Source: a virus
Taxonomy: Duplodnaviria; Caudoviricetes
Length of the DNA: 45,384 bases
Strand: one strand, 5' to 3'
IMG/VR virus record: IMGVR_UViG_3300022745_000005
Coordinates: 1-45,384 of that record
This document shows positions 26,276 to 34,964 of the stretch, piece by piece (position 1 is the stretch's first letter; the number at the start of each line of letters is the position of its first letter). The notes below the pieces were generated by a model that saw only the letters and a list, made by a program, of their open reading frames with translations, was not told the origin of the DNA and searched no databases. The translations under genes and the position numbers were made by a program.

Positions 26276-28027
26276 CTAATACCCTCCTTGCCCGTTACCG
26301 CCAGGCATCGGCCCGCCAGGTTCTTGCGGTTGCGCCATAGGTAGGCCACCTTGCGATTGTTGTAGCTGCGCCATTATATCGGCGGGGTTGGGCTGTCCTT
26401 GCGGTTGTTCTTGCGGCATACCAGGAGGCAGGCCCGGCTGCCCTTGCGGTAACTGTCCAGGCATCCCAGGCTGTTGACCCTGCGCTTGCAAGCTCATCGC
26501 CTGCGCCTGTAGTTGTGCTTCCTGTTGGGCGTTCTGTTGGAAGATGCGCTCTAACTCGCGCTCCACGTAGATGCGGTAGACCATCTCTTTGGGCTGTTCG
26601 ATCTCCAACAGTTCTTCCATTGCCCATTCCTTGCTTGCCAGTCCTGCCCCGACGAGTTGAACCGCAACTACCGCATTCTGCCGCTCGTCCGTGGGCTGGT
26701 CCAGCTTGAGATTGCAATCCAGGTCGATGACTTCCGGTATTTCTTTGGGGTCCATTTCGATAACGCCCTTGGGACCGTAAACGCTTGCCCCGCTCCCACC
26801 CTTGCGCAGCAGGTCGAACGCGGAAAGCATCGCCATTGCTATGCTGTATTCCGTTGCCGCCTTGTAGGGTGCGAGGGGGAGGCGTCCTTGCTGGCTCATC
26901 AAGGCGCTCTCACTGAATGAGCGACCACCCTGTAGCGGTTGGCCTAACGCCTGTGAATACATCGTGCTTTGTTCGGCAAGCTGCGCAAACATCTGCCAGG
27001 TCTGAACCAGGCTGCTATCAATCGCGTTCTTGGCTAACGGCTGGTACTGCTCGTCTTTTTCGATAGTCACAACCGTTGGGACAGAAGAATAATCCACTCG
27101 CGGCGCCGGCTTGTCGGGTTGGTTGGCCTGATAGACGAACGTCGGCGCTGCTCCCAGGGCAAAGGCAAGCGAGGTTTGCAGGGTCAGGTTGATATTCGAG
27201 GCTGCCCACACGCCTGATTTGTGGATGGTGTACAGCATCGGCTGGCGGCTGTTAGGGTCGTTGGTCGAGTACAGATCCCCACCCTCGACCACGTGACTGA
27301 CAATCGGAATAAAGCCCAGCGGGTTGCTTGTCTCTTTGTTGAGCGGCTTGCTTGCGCCTTCCACCCAGCAGAAATGATTCTCGTAATCCCAATAATCCCA
27401 GACGTTGACACGATCCGTGACCTTAGTCCTCCCGCCCGTATCCGCATCAATCCCATAGCGTCCGTGAATGTCGCCAATGGTGAGTGAACGCCTGCTGCTG
27501 TGTGAGGATAACCCCGCCAGGTCGAATAGGGGGAAGCAGTCCGCCGGACGCATGACCTCGAACAGAATGGGCGCTTGCTTTGCAATCCGATCGAACCGCG
27601 CCACCTGCCCGCCTCTGGCTGCGTCCCGAAGGTATTGCGTCACGTTGATCGCTATGTCAACCTCGGAATACATCAGGGCGCTGGTAGCCGCCTGGACATG
27701 GAGCCGTTTACCCGTAACACGGTCGCTCGCGCGCGCCAGGGTGGAGGCGAAACGCTCGATCTGTTCTGCCTTGGTGTTGGCGTCCTGGTTGTTCTTGTCC
27801 CGTCCCACGTGAAAGCCTGGATAGGTGGGGGTCATCAACTGGATTGCCCCACGCAACTTGTTACGCGGCGAGGGGTCAAGCGTCTTCTTGACATGGCTAC
27901 CCTTGGGAACAGCGCTGCTCTCCAAGTTCATGATGTTTTCAAGCTCGACGTAGAGCGCATTTCGCACGCCGTAAATGGTTTGCAGGTTGGCCGCTAACGT
28001 CTGTGCTTCCGCTAGTTGAATTGGCAT
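26276..28027 (-). CDS. Portal protein
   Basis: 583 aa directly after TerL; NPLGFIPIV motif; Q/P/G-rich tail typical of podovirus portals. Confidence 0.8.
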   Translation of the reverse strand: MPIQLAEAQTLAANLQTIYGVRNALYVELENIMNLESSAVPKGSHVKKTLDPSPRNKLRGAIQLMTPTYPGFHVGRDKNNQDANTKAEQIERFASTLARASDRVTGKRLHVQAATSALMYSEVDIAINVTQYLRDAARGGQVARFDRIAKQAPILFEVMRPADCFPLFDLAGLSSHSSRRSLTIGDIHGRYGIDADTGGRTKVTDRVNVWDYWDYENHFCWVEGASKPLNKETSNPLGFIPIVSHVVEGGDLYSTNDPNSRQPMLYTIHKSGVWAASNINLTLQTSLAFALGAAPTFVYQANQPDKPAPRVDYSSVPTVVTIEKDEQYQPLAKNAIDSSLVQTWQMFAQLAEQSTMYSQALGQPLQGGRSFSESALMSQQGRLPLAPYKAATEYSIAMAMLSAFDLLRKGGSGASVYGPKGVIEMDPKEIPEVIDLDCNLKLDQPTDERQNAVVAVQLVGAGLASKEWAMEELLEIEQPKEMVYRIYVERELERIFQQNAQQEAQLQAQAMSLQAQGQQPGMPGQLPQGQPGLPPGMPQEQPQGQPNPADIMAQLQQSQGGLPMAQPQEPGGPMPGGNGQGGY

Positions 28028-28029
28028 GT

Positions 28030-29493
28030 TTAGGCTCCGAAGTTTATTGTAGTCCAGGGGTTCGGCGCGCTGTCTCGCCTTACGTACTCCTGAATAGATT
28101 CAATCGCGTTATAAGCCACACTGCTACCGTCAATCAGGTCATCATGTGACAGGTCAGGGAAACCATGCAACTCAGCAAGGTATACGTCATTCCATGACGC
28201 GGCGAGTAACTTTACTTTTCCCTTGCTGGATGAGGTTGAATAGGCGTTGGCTCTTACAACTTTATCCCCTGCGCTGGGGATGCCTTCGCAATCCAGGCCA
28301 GGGTACTTCTTGATAAGTTCTCGCTTGAGGCGTTCACTTTCGCGGATGGATGCGCTTCCAGGCTCGATCTCCCAGCGCACCATATACCTTGTAGCTGACG
28401 CGCGCGCCATCATCATATCACGGGCGATAACCGCAAACATCCAGCCTTCAACTTCTCCCGCTGGCATCCGCTCTTTGATCGCATCCACGACGATATACGT
28501 ATCCTTCACCTTACGTATCTTCACGCCGGTATTGAAGTCTGGGTCGTCATTCTTCTGGCTTTTCATCGTCGCCGCCAGGTCAAAGCCTCTACACTCAACA
28601 CCCCCAGCCGGTGCATGTGCGACCAGATCGAACCACTGGCGATTGAATACCTTACCGGCTTCAGCCCGCGCCTTCCAATTGCCGCCCCGCTTGGGATCTC
28701 CAAGGAAACGCGCACGTTCAATTGGGCCTTGCGCCTGCAGGTTGGCGAGATAACCAGGGTCAGTGATGAGCAGGATCAGGTTATCGTATACCGTTGCCGG
28801 GATGAATGTAACACTCTTTGGCATCAGTTCAGGGAATTGCTCTTTGAGTTCTTCCTTACTCTCTCCCCAAATTACCTCATCATTCCAACGCACAAACCAG
28901 CGCAACACACCGGCACGCTCAAGGATTGCATAGCCGTCGCTGTCGATCCACCATGACAGGAAGCCTTTCCCCCACACACCATCTTTGTCAGTAACTAGCC
29001 AACTGTCAGGGTCAGGGTTGCAGGTCCCCCGCACACGTGGAGGCACGCCACAAGTCGAACGGTTGCGGATGAGTAAATAAAAAAATTGCTTCTCGCTAAA
29101 ATGCTCTAACTGGTCAAAGCACAGGTCACAAATCTGCGCACCGTCAAACTTAGATAGTTCGCTCTCATACTGGCAATGACCAAACTCCACCCGCGCACCA
29201 CTGGGAAAGCGCCATTGTAACGAACCCTTCACGCCCTCGGCTTTGGCATGAGGATAGATATTCTCGCTCACATCCCACATGCCGCCCTGATTGGTTACCT
29301 CAGGGTAGGTGCGCCGCATGATGACTGCGCCAAACTCGGGAACATCCACATCATGCAACGGATCAAGCAAAAGTCCGTACGTTTTCCCACCCCCAGCCGC
29401 ACCGCCATAAATACAAATATCAGCCGACGAGGACAGGAATTCCTCCTGCCTGCCAGGTTGCGGCTTGATAACCTTAGCCGGGGTTATTCTCAT
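28030..29493 (-). CDS. terL: Terminase large subunit
   Basis: PQPG.Q, Walker A YGGAAGGGKT, RGTCNP, R.FDLAAT and FP...HDDLID nuclease motifs. Confidence 0.95.
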   Translation of the reverse strand: MRITPAKVIKPQPGRQEEFLSSSADICIYGGAAGGGKTYGLLLDPLHDVDVPEFGAVIMRRTYPEVTNQGGMWDVSENIYPHAKAEGVKGSLQWRFPSGARVEFGHCQYESELSKFDGAQICDLCFDQLEHFSEKQFFYLLIRNRSTCGVPPRVRGTCNPDPDSWLVTDKDGVWGKGFLSWWIDSDGYAILERAGVLRWFVRWNDEVIWGESKEELKEQFPELMPKSVTFIPATVYDNLILLITDPGYLANLQAQGPIERARFLGDPKRGGNWKARAEAGKVFNRQWFDLVAHAPAGGVECRGFDLAATMKSQKNDDPDFNTGVKIRKVKDTYIVVDAIKERMPAGEVEGWMFAVIARDMMMARASATRYMVRWEIEPGSASIRESERLKRELIKKYPGLDCEGIPSAGDKVVRANAYSTSSSKGKVKLLAASWNDVYLAELHGFPDLSHDDLIDGSSVAYNAIESIQEYVRRDSAPNPWTTINFGA

Positions 29494-30040
29494 TGCGTGG
29501 CCGGCCGTTGTCGGGTAGGTAAATGATAACGTTAGATAATGGCTGTCCGTCTTTGGTCGATAGTTCAGTTCGGGCCGTGACCATTTGACGAATATCCATC
29601 ACCTTCTGAATGGCCTCTAGCTTGCTGTATAGCTCGACCTCTTGTATGGTTGTCTCGCTTTCTGCGCCATCTTTGGAGGTAGATAACTTAGTGACCTGTT
29701 TTACCTTGCGAATGAGATGAGTCAGTCCCTTACGCTTCGCACCCGCAAGATCGAGATTGAAACTAACCTCTGAAATGTCCAAAAGCTCGCCCATGTCGCC
29801 GCGTGCTATATCGGAAAGAATTAGAACAATTTCGTCGTTTTTCAACGCCTTTTCGTCAACAAGGCGTTTTATCTCAGATTTGATGTTAGGGTTTGTTAGA
29901 AATTCGGATGAAGTGGACCTCGATGACCGTTCTGAATACCCAGCCCGAATACAGGCCTGCGAACCGTTGAAGTCCTTGACATACTCTCGGCAAAAGGCTT
30001 GCTGTTTGGGCGTCAGGCCAGTAACAGGATCGGCAACCAC
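29474..30040 (-). CDS. terS: Terminase small subunit
   Basis: LTPKQQAFCREYVKDFNGSQACIRAGYS is the Terminase_2 pattern; GTG start. Confidence 0.92.
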   Translation of the reverse strand: MVADPVTGLTPKQQAFCREYVKDFNGSQACIRAGYSERSSRSTSSEFLTNPNIKSEIKRLVDEKALKNDEIVLILSDIARGDMGELLDISEVSFNLDLAGAKRKGLTHLIRKVKQVTKLSTSKDGAESETTIQEVELYSKLEAIQKVMDIRQMVTARTELSTKDGQPLSNVIIYLPDNGRPRNENNPG

Positions 30041-30316
30041 TTATCTCCCCCTCACGAAATCGACGATGGTTCCCGCTGTAGTCCCCAGCCCTACGCCCAA
30101 CATCGCCACGAGCAGCTGAGATAAGGCGGTTTCGCGGCTGGTTTTGTCGATCTTGCCAGCGGTGAGAAGGGCGAACGCAAGGAAAACCAATAGGCTGCCT
30201 TCCGCATAGGAAACCAGCCGGTTCGTTGCCTCATCCGTGAAAATGCGGGCGGTCGGAACTTTGAGCTTATGCCCAAACCATCCGGCGAGAATGGATAACA
30301 CAAAGGCGTAAAGCAT
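30041..30316 (-). CDS. Small membrane protein (3 TM), holin candidate
   Basis: Three hydrophobic segments, basic C-terminus, AGGAGG RBS. Confidence 0.55.
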   Translation of the reverse strand: MLYAFVLSILAGWFGHKLKVPTARIFTDEATNRLVSYAEGSLLVFLAFALLTAGKIDKTSRETALSQLLVAMLGVGLGTTAGTIVDFVRGR

Positions 30317-30660
30317 TATCCTCCTAATCCCATACCACCACGCCGGGCCGGTAATAGCGGATCTTCAAATGGGACAGGCCGACCACCTAGCCTGACAACC
30401 TGGTCACACAGGCGACGCGCCCAGTCCTGATACTTGGCAATCTCAGCCCGCACCTGTTGTACCTCCTCCCGAACGCTGGCTAATTCAGCCCGATATTGAT
30501 TGACTAGCTCTATGGCCTTTTCGCTCGCTTCCAGTCCTTTATCAATACTGGATTGCGGCGCAGATTTGCGGTCCTGAACGATCTTATAAAATACGGGGAG
30601 GGTGCTTGTAATCAATCCCACGATCCCCCCAACAATCGCGGCGGTTAGGTTAGCATCCAT
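30316..30660 (-). CDS. Single-TM plus coiled-coil protein (lysis-accessory-like)
   Basis: LTAAIVGGIVGLITSTL then coiled coil ELASVREEVQQVRAEI. Confidence 0.6.
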   Translation of the reverse strand: MDANLTAAIVGGIVGLITSTLPVFYKIVQDRKSAPQSSIDKGLEASEKAIELVNQYRAELASVREEVQQVRAEIAKYQDWARRLCDQVVRLGGRPVPFEDPLLPARRGGMGLGG

Positions 30661-30943
30661 AAATCTTATGTCTCGCATTCCATAGGGTTCCGGCAAGCAT
30701 CGAAATGATCGCTACTTGCGAATGAACGCGCAAGGCCGCCGACCACAGATTGAAAAAAATCACATCAATATCCCCATGTAAATCTGTAACAATAATAGCC
30801 ACATAAAAAGCGATACCGTGTAAAGCGAGAAAAGCCCAGCCGATGTAAGAAAGTTTGTTGCCGTTGCATTGCTTCATCACGGCCAGCGCAACGAGCAACA
30901 TAATTACATAACCCGCCAGGGCGATTAGGCGGGGTGCTGTCAT
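30650..30943 (-). CDS. Small membrane protein (3 TM)
   Basis: Three hydrophobic stretches; ATGA coupling. Confidence 0.6.
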   Translation of the reverse strand: MTAPRLIALAGYVIMLLVALAVMKQCNGNKLSYIGWAFLALHGIAFYVAIIVTDLHGDIDVIFFNLWSAALRVHSQVAIISMLAGTLWNARHKIYGC

Positions 30944-31164
30944 TTACCGGTCGCCTTGGGTCGAAACGGCTTGGGCGCATCGATGGGCGTGCTGTTGCCA
31001 AACGTGCGCAGCAAGAAAACGATGATCGCAATTGCCAATGCGATGAAGCCCTCCACGGTCAGGTTACTGGTCTTGTACCATCCCTGGACAATCTGAAGGA
31101 TACCCAGTGCAGCCAGTCCAACCATGAACAGATTGATTTTGGATTTGTAAACAGGTTTTGACAT
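30940..31164 (-). CDS. Small membrane protein (2 TM), holin candidate
   Basis: KP.YKSK N-terminus, two TM segments, LR....TP tail; GGAGG RBS. Confidence 0.65.
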   Translation of the reverse strand: MSKPVYKSKINLFMVGLAALGILQIVQGWYKTSNLTVEGFIALAIAIIVFLLRTFGNSTPIDAPKPFRPKATGK

Positions 31165-31184
31165 ACCCCTCCGAATAGTAAACG

Positions 31185-31246
31185 CCTATGTACATTTTAG
31201 CACGTTCCACCCGCAATACAATAAGGTGGATTTCGCGTAATGTCAA
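31185..31246 (-). promoter_or_regulatory. Promoter(s) for the membrane-terminase-portal operon
   Basis: TTGTAT-N16-TAAAAT with TG extension (31221..31194); also TTGACA-N17-TATTGT (31246..31218). Confidence 0.65.
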
Positions 31247-31296
31247 TTTTTGTGCAAAATAAGTCAATAAAATGCTAGTATTTATGTATGCATGTA

Positions 31297-31310
31297 TGCT
31301 ATTATATAAT
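31297..31310 (+). promoter_or_regulatory. Early rightward promoter -10 region
   Basis: TGcTATTAT overlapping TATAAT in the AT-rich divergent gap. Confidence 0.55.
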
Positions 31311-31341
31311 CAACAAACAGACAGACGAAAGGACAACCGAA

Positions 31342-31509
31342 ATGAAAACCAACTTGAATTACACCCAGATCGAAGAGAACCTGATGGATAAGGGTTTTAC
31401 CCGCGAGGAAGTTGATAAGCTTACCGATTGGTGGCGGGCTGATTGGGACTGGCTCTTTGCCGCAAGCGCAGAAGAAATCCGCGCCGCTTCGGTCGATTGC
31501 CTCTCATAA
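31342..31509 (+). CDS. First early gene; small acidic hypothetical protein (55 aa)
   Basis: GAAAGGA RBS before MKTNLNY. Confidence 0.7.
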   Translation: MKTNLNYTQIEENLMDKGFTREEVDKLTDWWRADWDWLFAASAEEIRAASVDCLS

Positions 31510-31519
31510 TCGCATAGCA

Positions 31520-31569
31520 CGCGAAACCCCGCGAGGGGTCGCCGTCAAAACGGGACGGCCTGATGAGCG
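31520..31569 (+). ncRNA. Type II hammerhead ribozyme, predicted cleavage after C31540 (GUC)
   Basis: CGC-GAAA-CCCC(GCGA)GGGG-UC^-GCCGUC(AAAACGG)GACGGC-CUGAUGA-GCG: all core nucleotides and three perfectly paired stems, in an intergenic gap. Confidence 0.93.
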
Positions 31570-31583
31570 AAAAAGGAGAACCC

Positions 31584-31811
31584 ATGAGACAACGTTACGT
31601 AATGTTTAGACTACCAATCGATGTCCACGAGGGTATCAAAGCCCTGGCCGAAGCGCATACCCGCCCGATGGTGGATGAGTTGCGCGTAATCCTGCAGCGT
31701 GAACTGGCCGCGAACCTGAGCGAACCCCGCCCGGATGTGACCATCGCCGAGGCGCTGGAGATTGGCGCACGCACGCACGGCGCACCCTGCATCCACATGA
31801 AAGGAGAGTAA
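31584..31811 (+). CDS. Arc/ribbon-helix-helix DNA-binding protein
   Basis: VMFRLPIDVHEGIKALAEAHTRPMVDELRVILQREL; AAGGAG RBS. Confidence 0.8.
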   Translation: MRQRYVMFRLPIDVHEGIKALAEAHTRPMVDELRVILQRELAANLSEPRPDVTIAEALEIGARTHGAPCIHMKGE

Positions 31812-31812
31812 C

Positions 31813-32190
31813 ATGATCTCAACAATAACTCAGCATGACCTGGATTTGCACCAGAAATGGATCAATAATGAGCCTGGCGGCGTGAAACTCGTAACGGCAT
31901 ACGGAAAAATTGTTATTGGGGCCGACCTGCGCGGTTCCAACCTGAGCGATGCCGACCTGAGCCGAGCCGACCTGAGCGATGCCGACCTGATCGGGGCAGA
32001 CCTAGATTTTTCCTGCTGGCCTCTATGGTGCGGTTCCAAGGGCGTCAAAGTTGATACTCGAATCGCCGCCCAACTCGCCGCGCATTTTTGCGTACTCGAT
32101 TGCGACGATCCCGCCTATCTCGCCGCACGCGAGGCGCTGATGGAGTTTGCGAAAACCTCACACCGCGCGGGGGATTTGGGCCTAAAATAA
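31813..32190 (+). CDS. Pentapeptide repeat protein
   Basis: ADLRG-SNLSD-ADLSR-ADLSD-ADLIG-ADLDF; H.KW N-terminus; PLWCGS motif. Confidence 0.85.
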   Translation: MISTITQHDLDLHQKWINNEPGGVKLVTAYGKIVIGADLRGSNLSDADLSRADLSDADLIGADLDFSCWPLWCGSKGVKVDTRIAAQLAAHFCVLDCDDPAYLAAREALMEFAKTSHRAGDLGLK

Positions 32191-32250
32191 TTCCGGTCCG
32201 CGCCAGACTGCGCAGACCGGAACGAGGGACAACCTCACCGAGTATAGCAC
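32184..32250 (-). ncRNA. Candidate ~50-nt antisense sRNA unit: extended -10, anti-RBS hairpin, intrinsic terminator
   Basis: Minus strand GTGCTATACT, then GAGGTTGTCCCTC, then a 13-bp stem followed by TTATTTT. Confidence 0.45.
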
Positions 32251-32265
32251 GAAAGGGACAACCAA

Positions 32266-32571
32266 ATGACCGAAAAACGACCGCTCAATATTCCACTGAT
32301 CCGCGAGATGCAGCGCCAGTTCCACGATGAATACTGGCAAACTGGCCTACTGTCAATCGCTGAAAATTATGTACACATCCTGCCTGAGGCAATGGTGGAT
32401 GTCGCACCACTCGAAGACTGGCAATTCGCGAGCGACGATACTACGCCTGGAAAAGACATCCGTCGGTATCTGCGGTATGAATACGTTGCCGATGGCCTGC
32501 TCTTCATGGCGCTGCGCGAAAACTATCTCCCCAAAGATCAACCCGCACAGGAGATATCGAATGACCAATAA
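32266..32571 (+). CDS. Hypothetical protein (101 aa)
   Basis: GAAAGGGA RBS. Confidence 0.65.
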   Translation: MTEKRPLNIPLIREMQRQFHDEYWQTGLLSIAENYVHILPEAMVDVAPLEDWQFASDDTTPGKDIRRYLRYEYVADGLLFMALRENYLPKDQPAQEISNDQ

Positions 32572-32884
32572 CCCGTACGCCGGATGGACCAGCAACAAGG
32601 CTGAACGCGCAGCTCAGGCCGTCGCCTATCAGCAATGCCTGTCCGAGTGCCAGCGCATGACCGCCGACCTGATGCGGAGATCAAAGCTCCATACCTACCT
32701 GGCGTTTGAGGAAATCCAAAACCACACTTGGGCGCTCGACAATATCAACAAAATCTTGCGCCGTCACATTGCGCAACTGGACGCCCGCGACGCCGCCCGC
32801 CTGGATGCGATTCGCGCTGGACAGGCCCAGGATTATGACGATGACCGCCAACTGTATCAAGAACTGAGAAGGGGTTTAGGATGA
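32561..32884 (+). CDS. Hypothetical protein
   Basis: AGGAG RBS before MTNNPY; coupled to erf. Confidence 0.65.
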   Translation: MTNNPYAGWTSNKAERAAQAVAYQQCLSECQRMTADLMRRSKLHTYLAFEEIQNHTWALDNINKILRRHIAQLDARDAARLDAIRAGQAQDYDDDRQLYQELRRGLG

Positions 32885-33630
32885 ACAAATCAGAATCGAT
32901 CAACGAACTCGCCGCCGCGCTTGCTCTCGCTCAGGGAGCAATGGAAGCGGCTGCAATGGATACCAGGAATCAATTTGGCGGGGTATATGCCGATCTGGGA
33001 TCAATCATGCAAACTGCAAAAGGCCCACTCTCTGCTAATGGATTGGCCGTTAGCCAACACCCCGAACTCACCGAGGGCCGCGTCACCTTGACCACTCTCC
33101 TCATGCACAAATCAGGCCAATGGATTGAAAGCTCAATTTCTGCTGGTATCGGAGATAATCGAGCTTTGAGCGCGGCACAGCAGGCCGGTATTGTCATTAC
33201 CTATCTGCGCCGTTATGCCTATGCCGCGATTGTTGGCATCTATGCCGACCAGGATACGGACGGCGCTAAAGTTGAAGTTCCTAAGCCAGAAAGAAAACCT
33301 ATCGATCCATCGAAAGTAAAGCCTCTGACCCCGCCCGAACCCGTCCAGCAACCCCAGGCCGCAGCCGAGCCCGCGCCCGCCAATTGGCCCCGCGAAGTGT
33401 TACAGCATTTCGTGATTGAGTACAAACTCCAGGCCAACAACCAGGCCGCGAACATGCTCAACCTGAGCAATCTGCCCAAAGATACACCCTTGCCGATCCT
33501 TGAGGCATGGGTCAAGCACTACAAGGCCAACCGCGCGGATGGGACACTCTCCACGCATGAAGCCGCCGAACTGGCTAACTCGCAGATGGCTGAGACGGTC
33601 AAGGAATTCGCCGCGAAAGGACAAGTATGA
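32881..33630 (+). CDS. erf: ERF-family single-strand annealing protein
   Basis: SESINELAAALA.AQ, YADL, TTLLMH.SGQWI and Q..G..ITY.RRY...DTDG. Confidence 0.92.
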   Translation: MNKSESINELAAALALAQGAMEAAAMDTRNQFGGVYADLGSIMQTAKGPLSANGLAVSQHPELTEGRVTLTTLLMHKSGQWIESSISAGIGDNRALSAAQQAGIVITYLRRYAYAAIVGIYADQDTDGAKVEVPKPERKPIDPSKVKPLTPPEPVQQPQAAAEPAPANWPREVLQHFVIEYKLQANNQAANMLNLSNLPKDTPLPILEAWVKHYKANRADGTLSTHEAAELANSQMAETVKEFAAKGQV

Positions 33631-34157
33631 ACGCACCTACGATTACTTACCTCAACGCCAAAACCCGCAAGGCTATTGCCGCATTGCGCACGATGACTTC
33701 CAAGGATCGCCCGCCCATGAAATATATCTTCACTGCCGGACGGGTGCAGGCTGCATCGAATGGTTTTGCAGCGGTCCTGAGACAGCATGATGAAGCGCTG
33801 CCGGATGAATGTCAGGGGCGCAAGGATTACCGCTTTGTCCCTGGTTCTACGATGACCGTCGTATCCCCACCTGATACCGAGGAAACATATCCTGATCTCA
33901 ATAAAATCATCAGGCAGGATGATAGCAAAACCGTATTTGAAATCGCACTGGGGCCGAAATTGCTACGGGATGTTATGGCCCAGTTTCAGGATTGCGACTT
34001 AGCCTATTTCCGCTTTTTCGCAAAGAACCAGACAATTGAGATTACCGGGAAAAATCCAGACGGCGAAACGGTGATATTCGCTTCGATCATGCCAATGTTT
34101 GCCGATCACGGTATCAAGCGCCCCGACTGGATCAATATTTCCTACGAAGCAAAATAA
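33627..34157 (+). CDS. Hypothetical protein, possibly sliding-clamp-like fold
   Basis: D.RP.M..I, AASNGF, YPD..KI, I.L.PKLL and IMPM resemble beta-clamp-derived phage proteins. Confidence 0.45.
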   Translation: MNAPTITYLNAKTRKAIAALRTMTSKDRPPMKYIFTAGRVQAASNGFAAVLRQHDEALPDECQGRKDYRFVPGSTMTVVSPPDTEETYPDLNKIIRQDDSKTVFEIALGPKLLRDVMAQFQDCDLAYFRFFAKNQTIEITGKNPDGETVIFASIMPMFADHGIKRPDWINISYEAK

Positions 34158-34237
34158 CGTATCCGCGGGCGCGTCTGGTACACGCCTGCCCGCTATCAGG
34201 CTGGGGAGCGCATAGCATAAACGCCAGAAAGGGTATT

Positions 34238-34579
34238 ATGGAACTCAAGAAATTGGAAGTCCAACTGACCGAGGCTTATAGCATGTTAGACGAACTGCGC
34301 TCGAAGATGGCGGATGACGCCAACCACTGCGCGGCCTATGCTTTCACGCTCGAAACGATGAAGGCCGAATTCATCCTGGCTGGCACGATCCAGGGCAAGA
34401 ACGAAACCGAACGCGCAGCCTCCACCCGCTCTTTGCTGAAATCGGCCTATGAAAGCATCGATGACGCCGACCGCGTGTTTCGCCGCAGCCGCGCCAATTT
34501 TGAGAACGCCGAACGTCGGGTGGAATACCTTCGCGCCCTGCTGCGCATCGCGGAATTGACCGCAAGCAAACCGGACTAG
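34238..34579 (+). CDS. Helical hypothetical protein
   Basis: I.GKN.TER.A motif within a coiled coil; GAAAGG RBS. Confidence 0.7.
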   Translation: MELKKLEVQLTEAYSMLDELRSKMADDANHCAAYAFTLETMKAEFILAGTIQGKNETERAASTRSLLKSAYESIDDADRVFRRSRANFENAERRVEYLRALLRIAELTASKPD

Positions 34580-34613
34580 TCGCAAGCCGCCGCGCCTGCT
34601 GAAAGGAATTGAA

Positions 34614-34877
34614 ATGTGCGAACATGAGCATACATCAGAACTACTTTTCCAGCACAAAGTCACCGACTACCGGGGAACTCGCAAGTATGAAGTCGCGGTT
34701 TGCGACGACTGCAAGATGCTTGTCAACTATTACAATTCGGAAATGGCGATGACACCCGACGAGATCCGGCGCATGTTCATCGATCTGCGCGAACTGTTGG
34801 GCAACGTCGAGAACGCCCACAACGATATGCAGGCCGCATTGAGCGCCGCGCTGAACCCGTTCAGGGATTTGGACTGA
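34614..34877 (+). CDS. Hypothetical protein with C.H...CxxC motif
   Basis: GAAAGGA RBS. Confidence 0.65.
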   Translation: MCEHEHTSELLFQHKVTDYRGTRKYEVAVCDDCKMLVNYYNSEMAMTPDEIRRMFIDLRELLGNVENAHNDMQAALSAALNPFRDLD

Positions 34878-34964
34878 GTAAGCCGCCGCGCCTGTATGGC
34901 CCATAACTTGAACCACTACGGGGGGAGCTGCCAGGCAGGCGCGGCGAGATCGAAAGGAGTTGAG

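Noticed and set aside
2581-31164. Stop-codon reassignment
   Set aside because: Genes tile densely under the standard code and end in TAA, TAG and TGA without fragmentation
31563-31583. ORF-track start for the Arc-like gene at ATG 31563
   Set aside because: That ATG is part of the ribozyme CUGAUGA core; ATG 31584 has the AAGGAG RBS
34880-34950. Possible ZTP or c-di-GMP riboswitch in early intergenic regions
   Set aside because: Only fragments such as AACCAC..GGGGAG match; the conserved cores were not found by eye, and an Rfam scan is needed to exclude them fully
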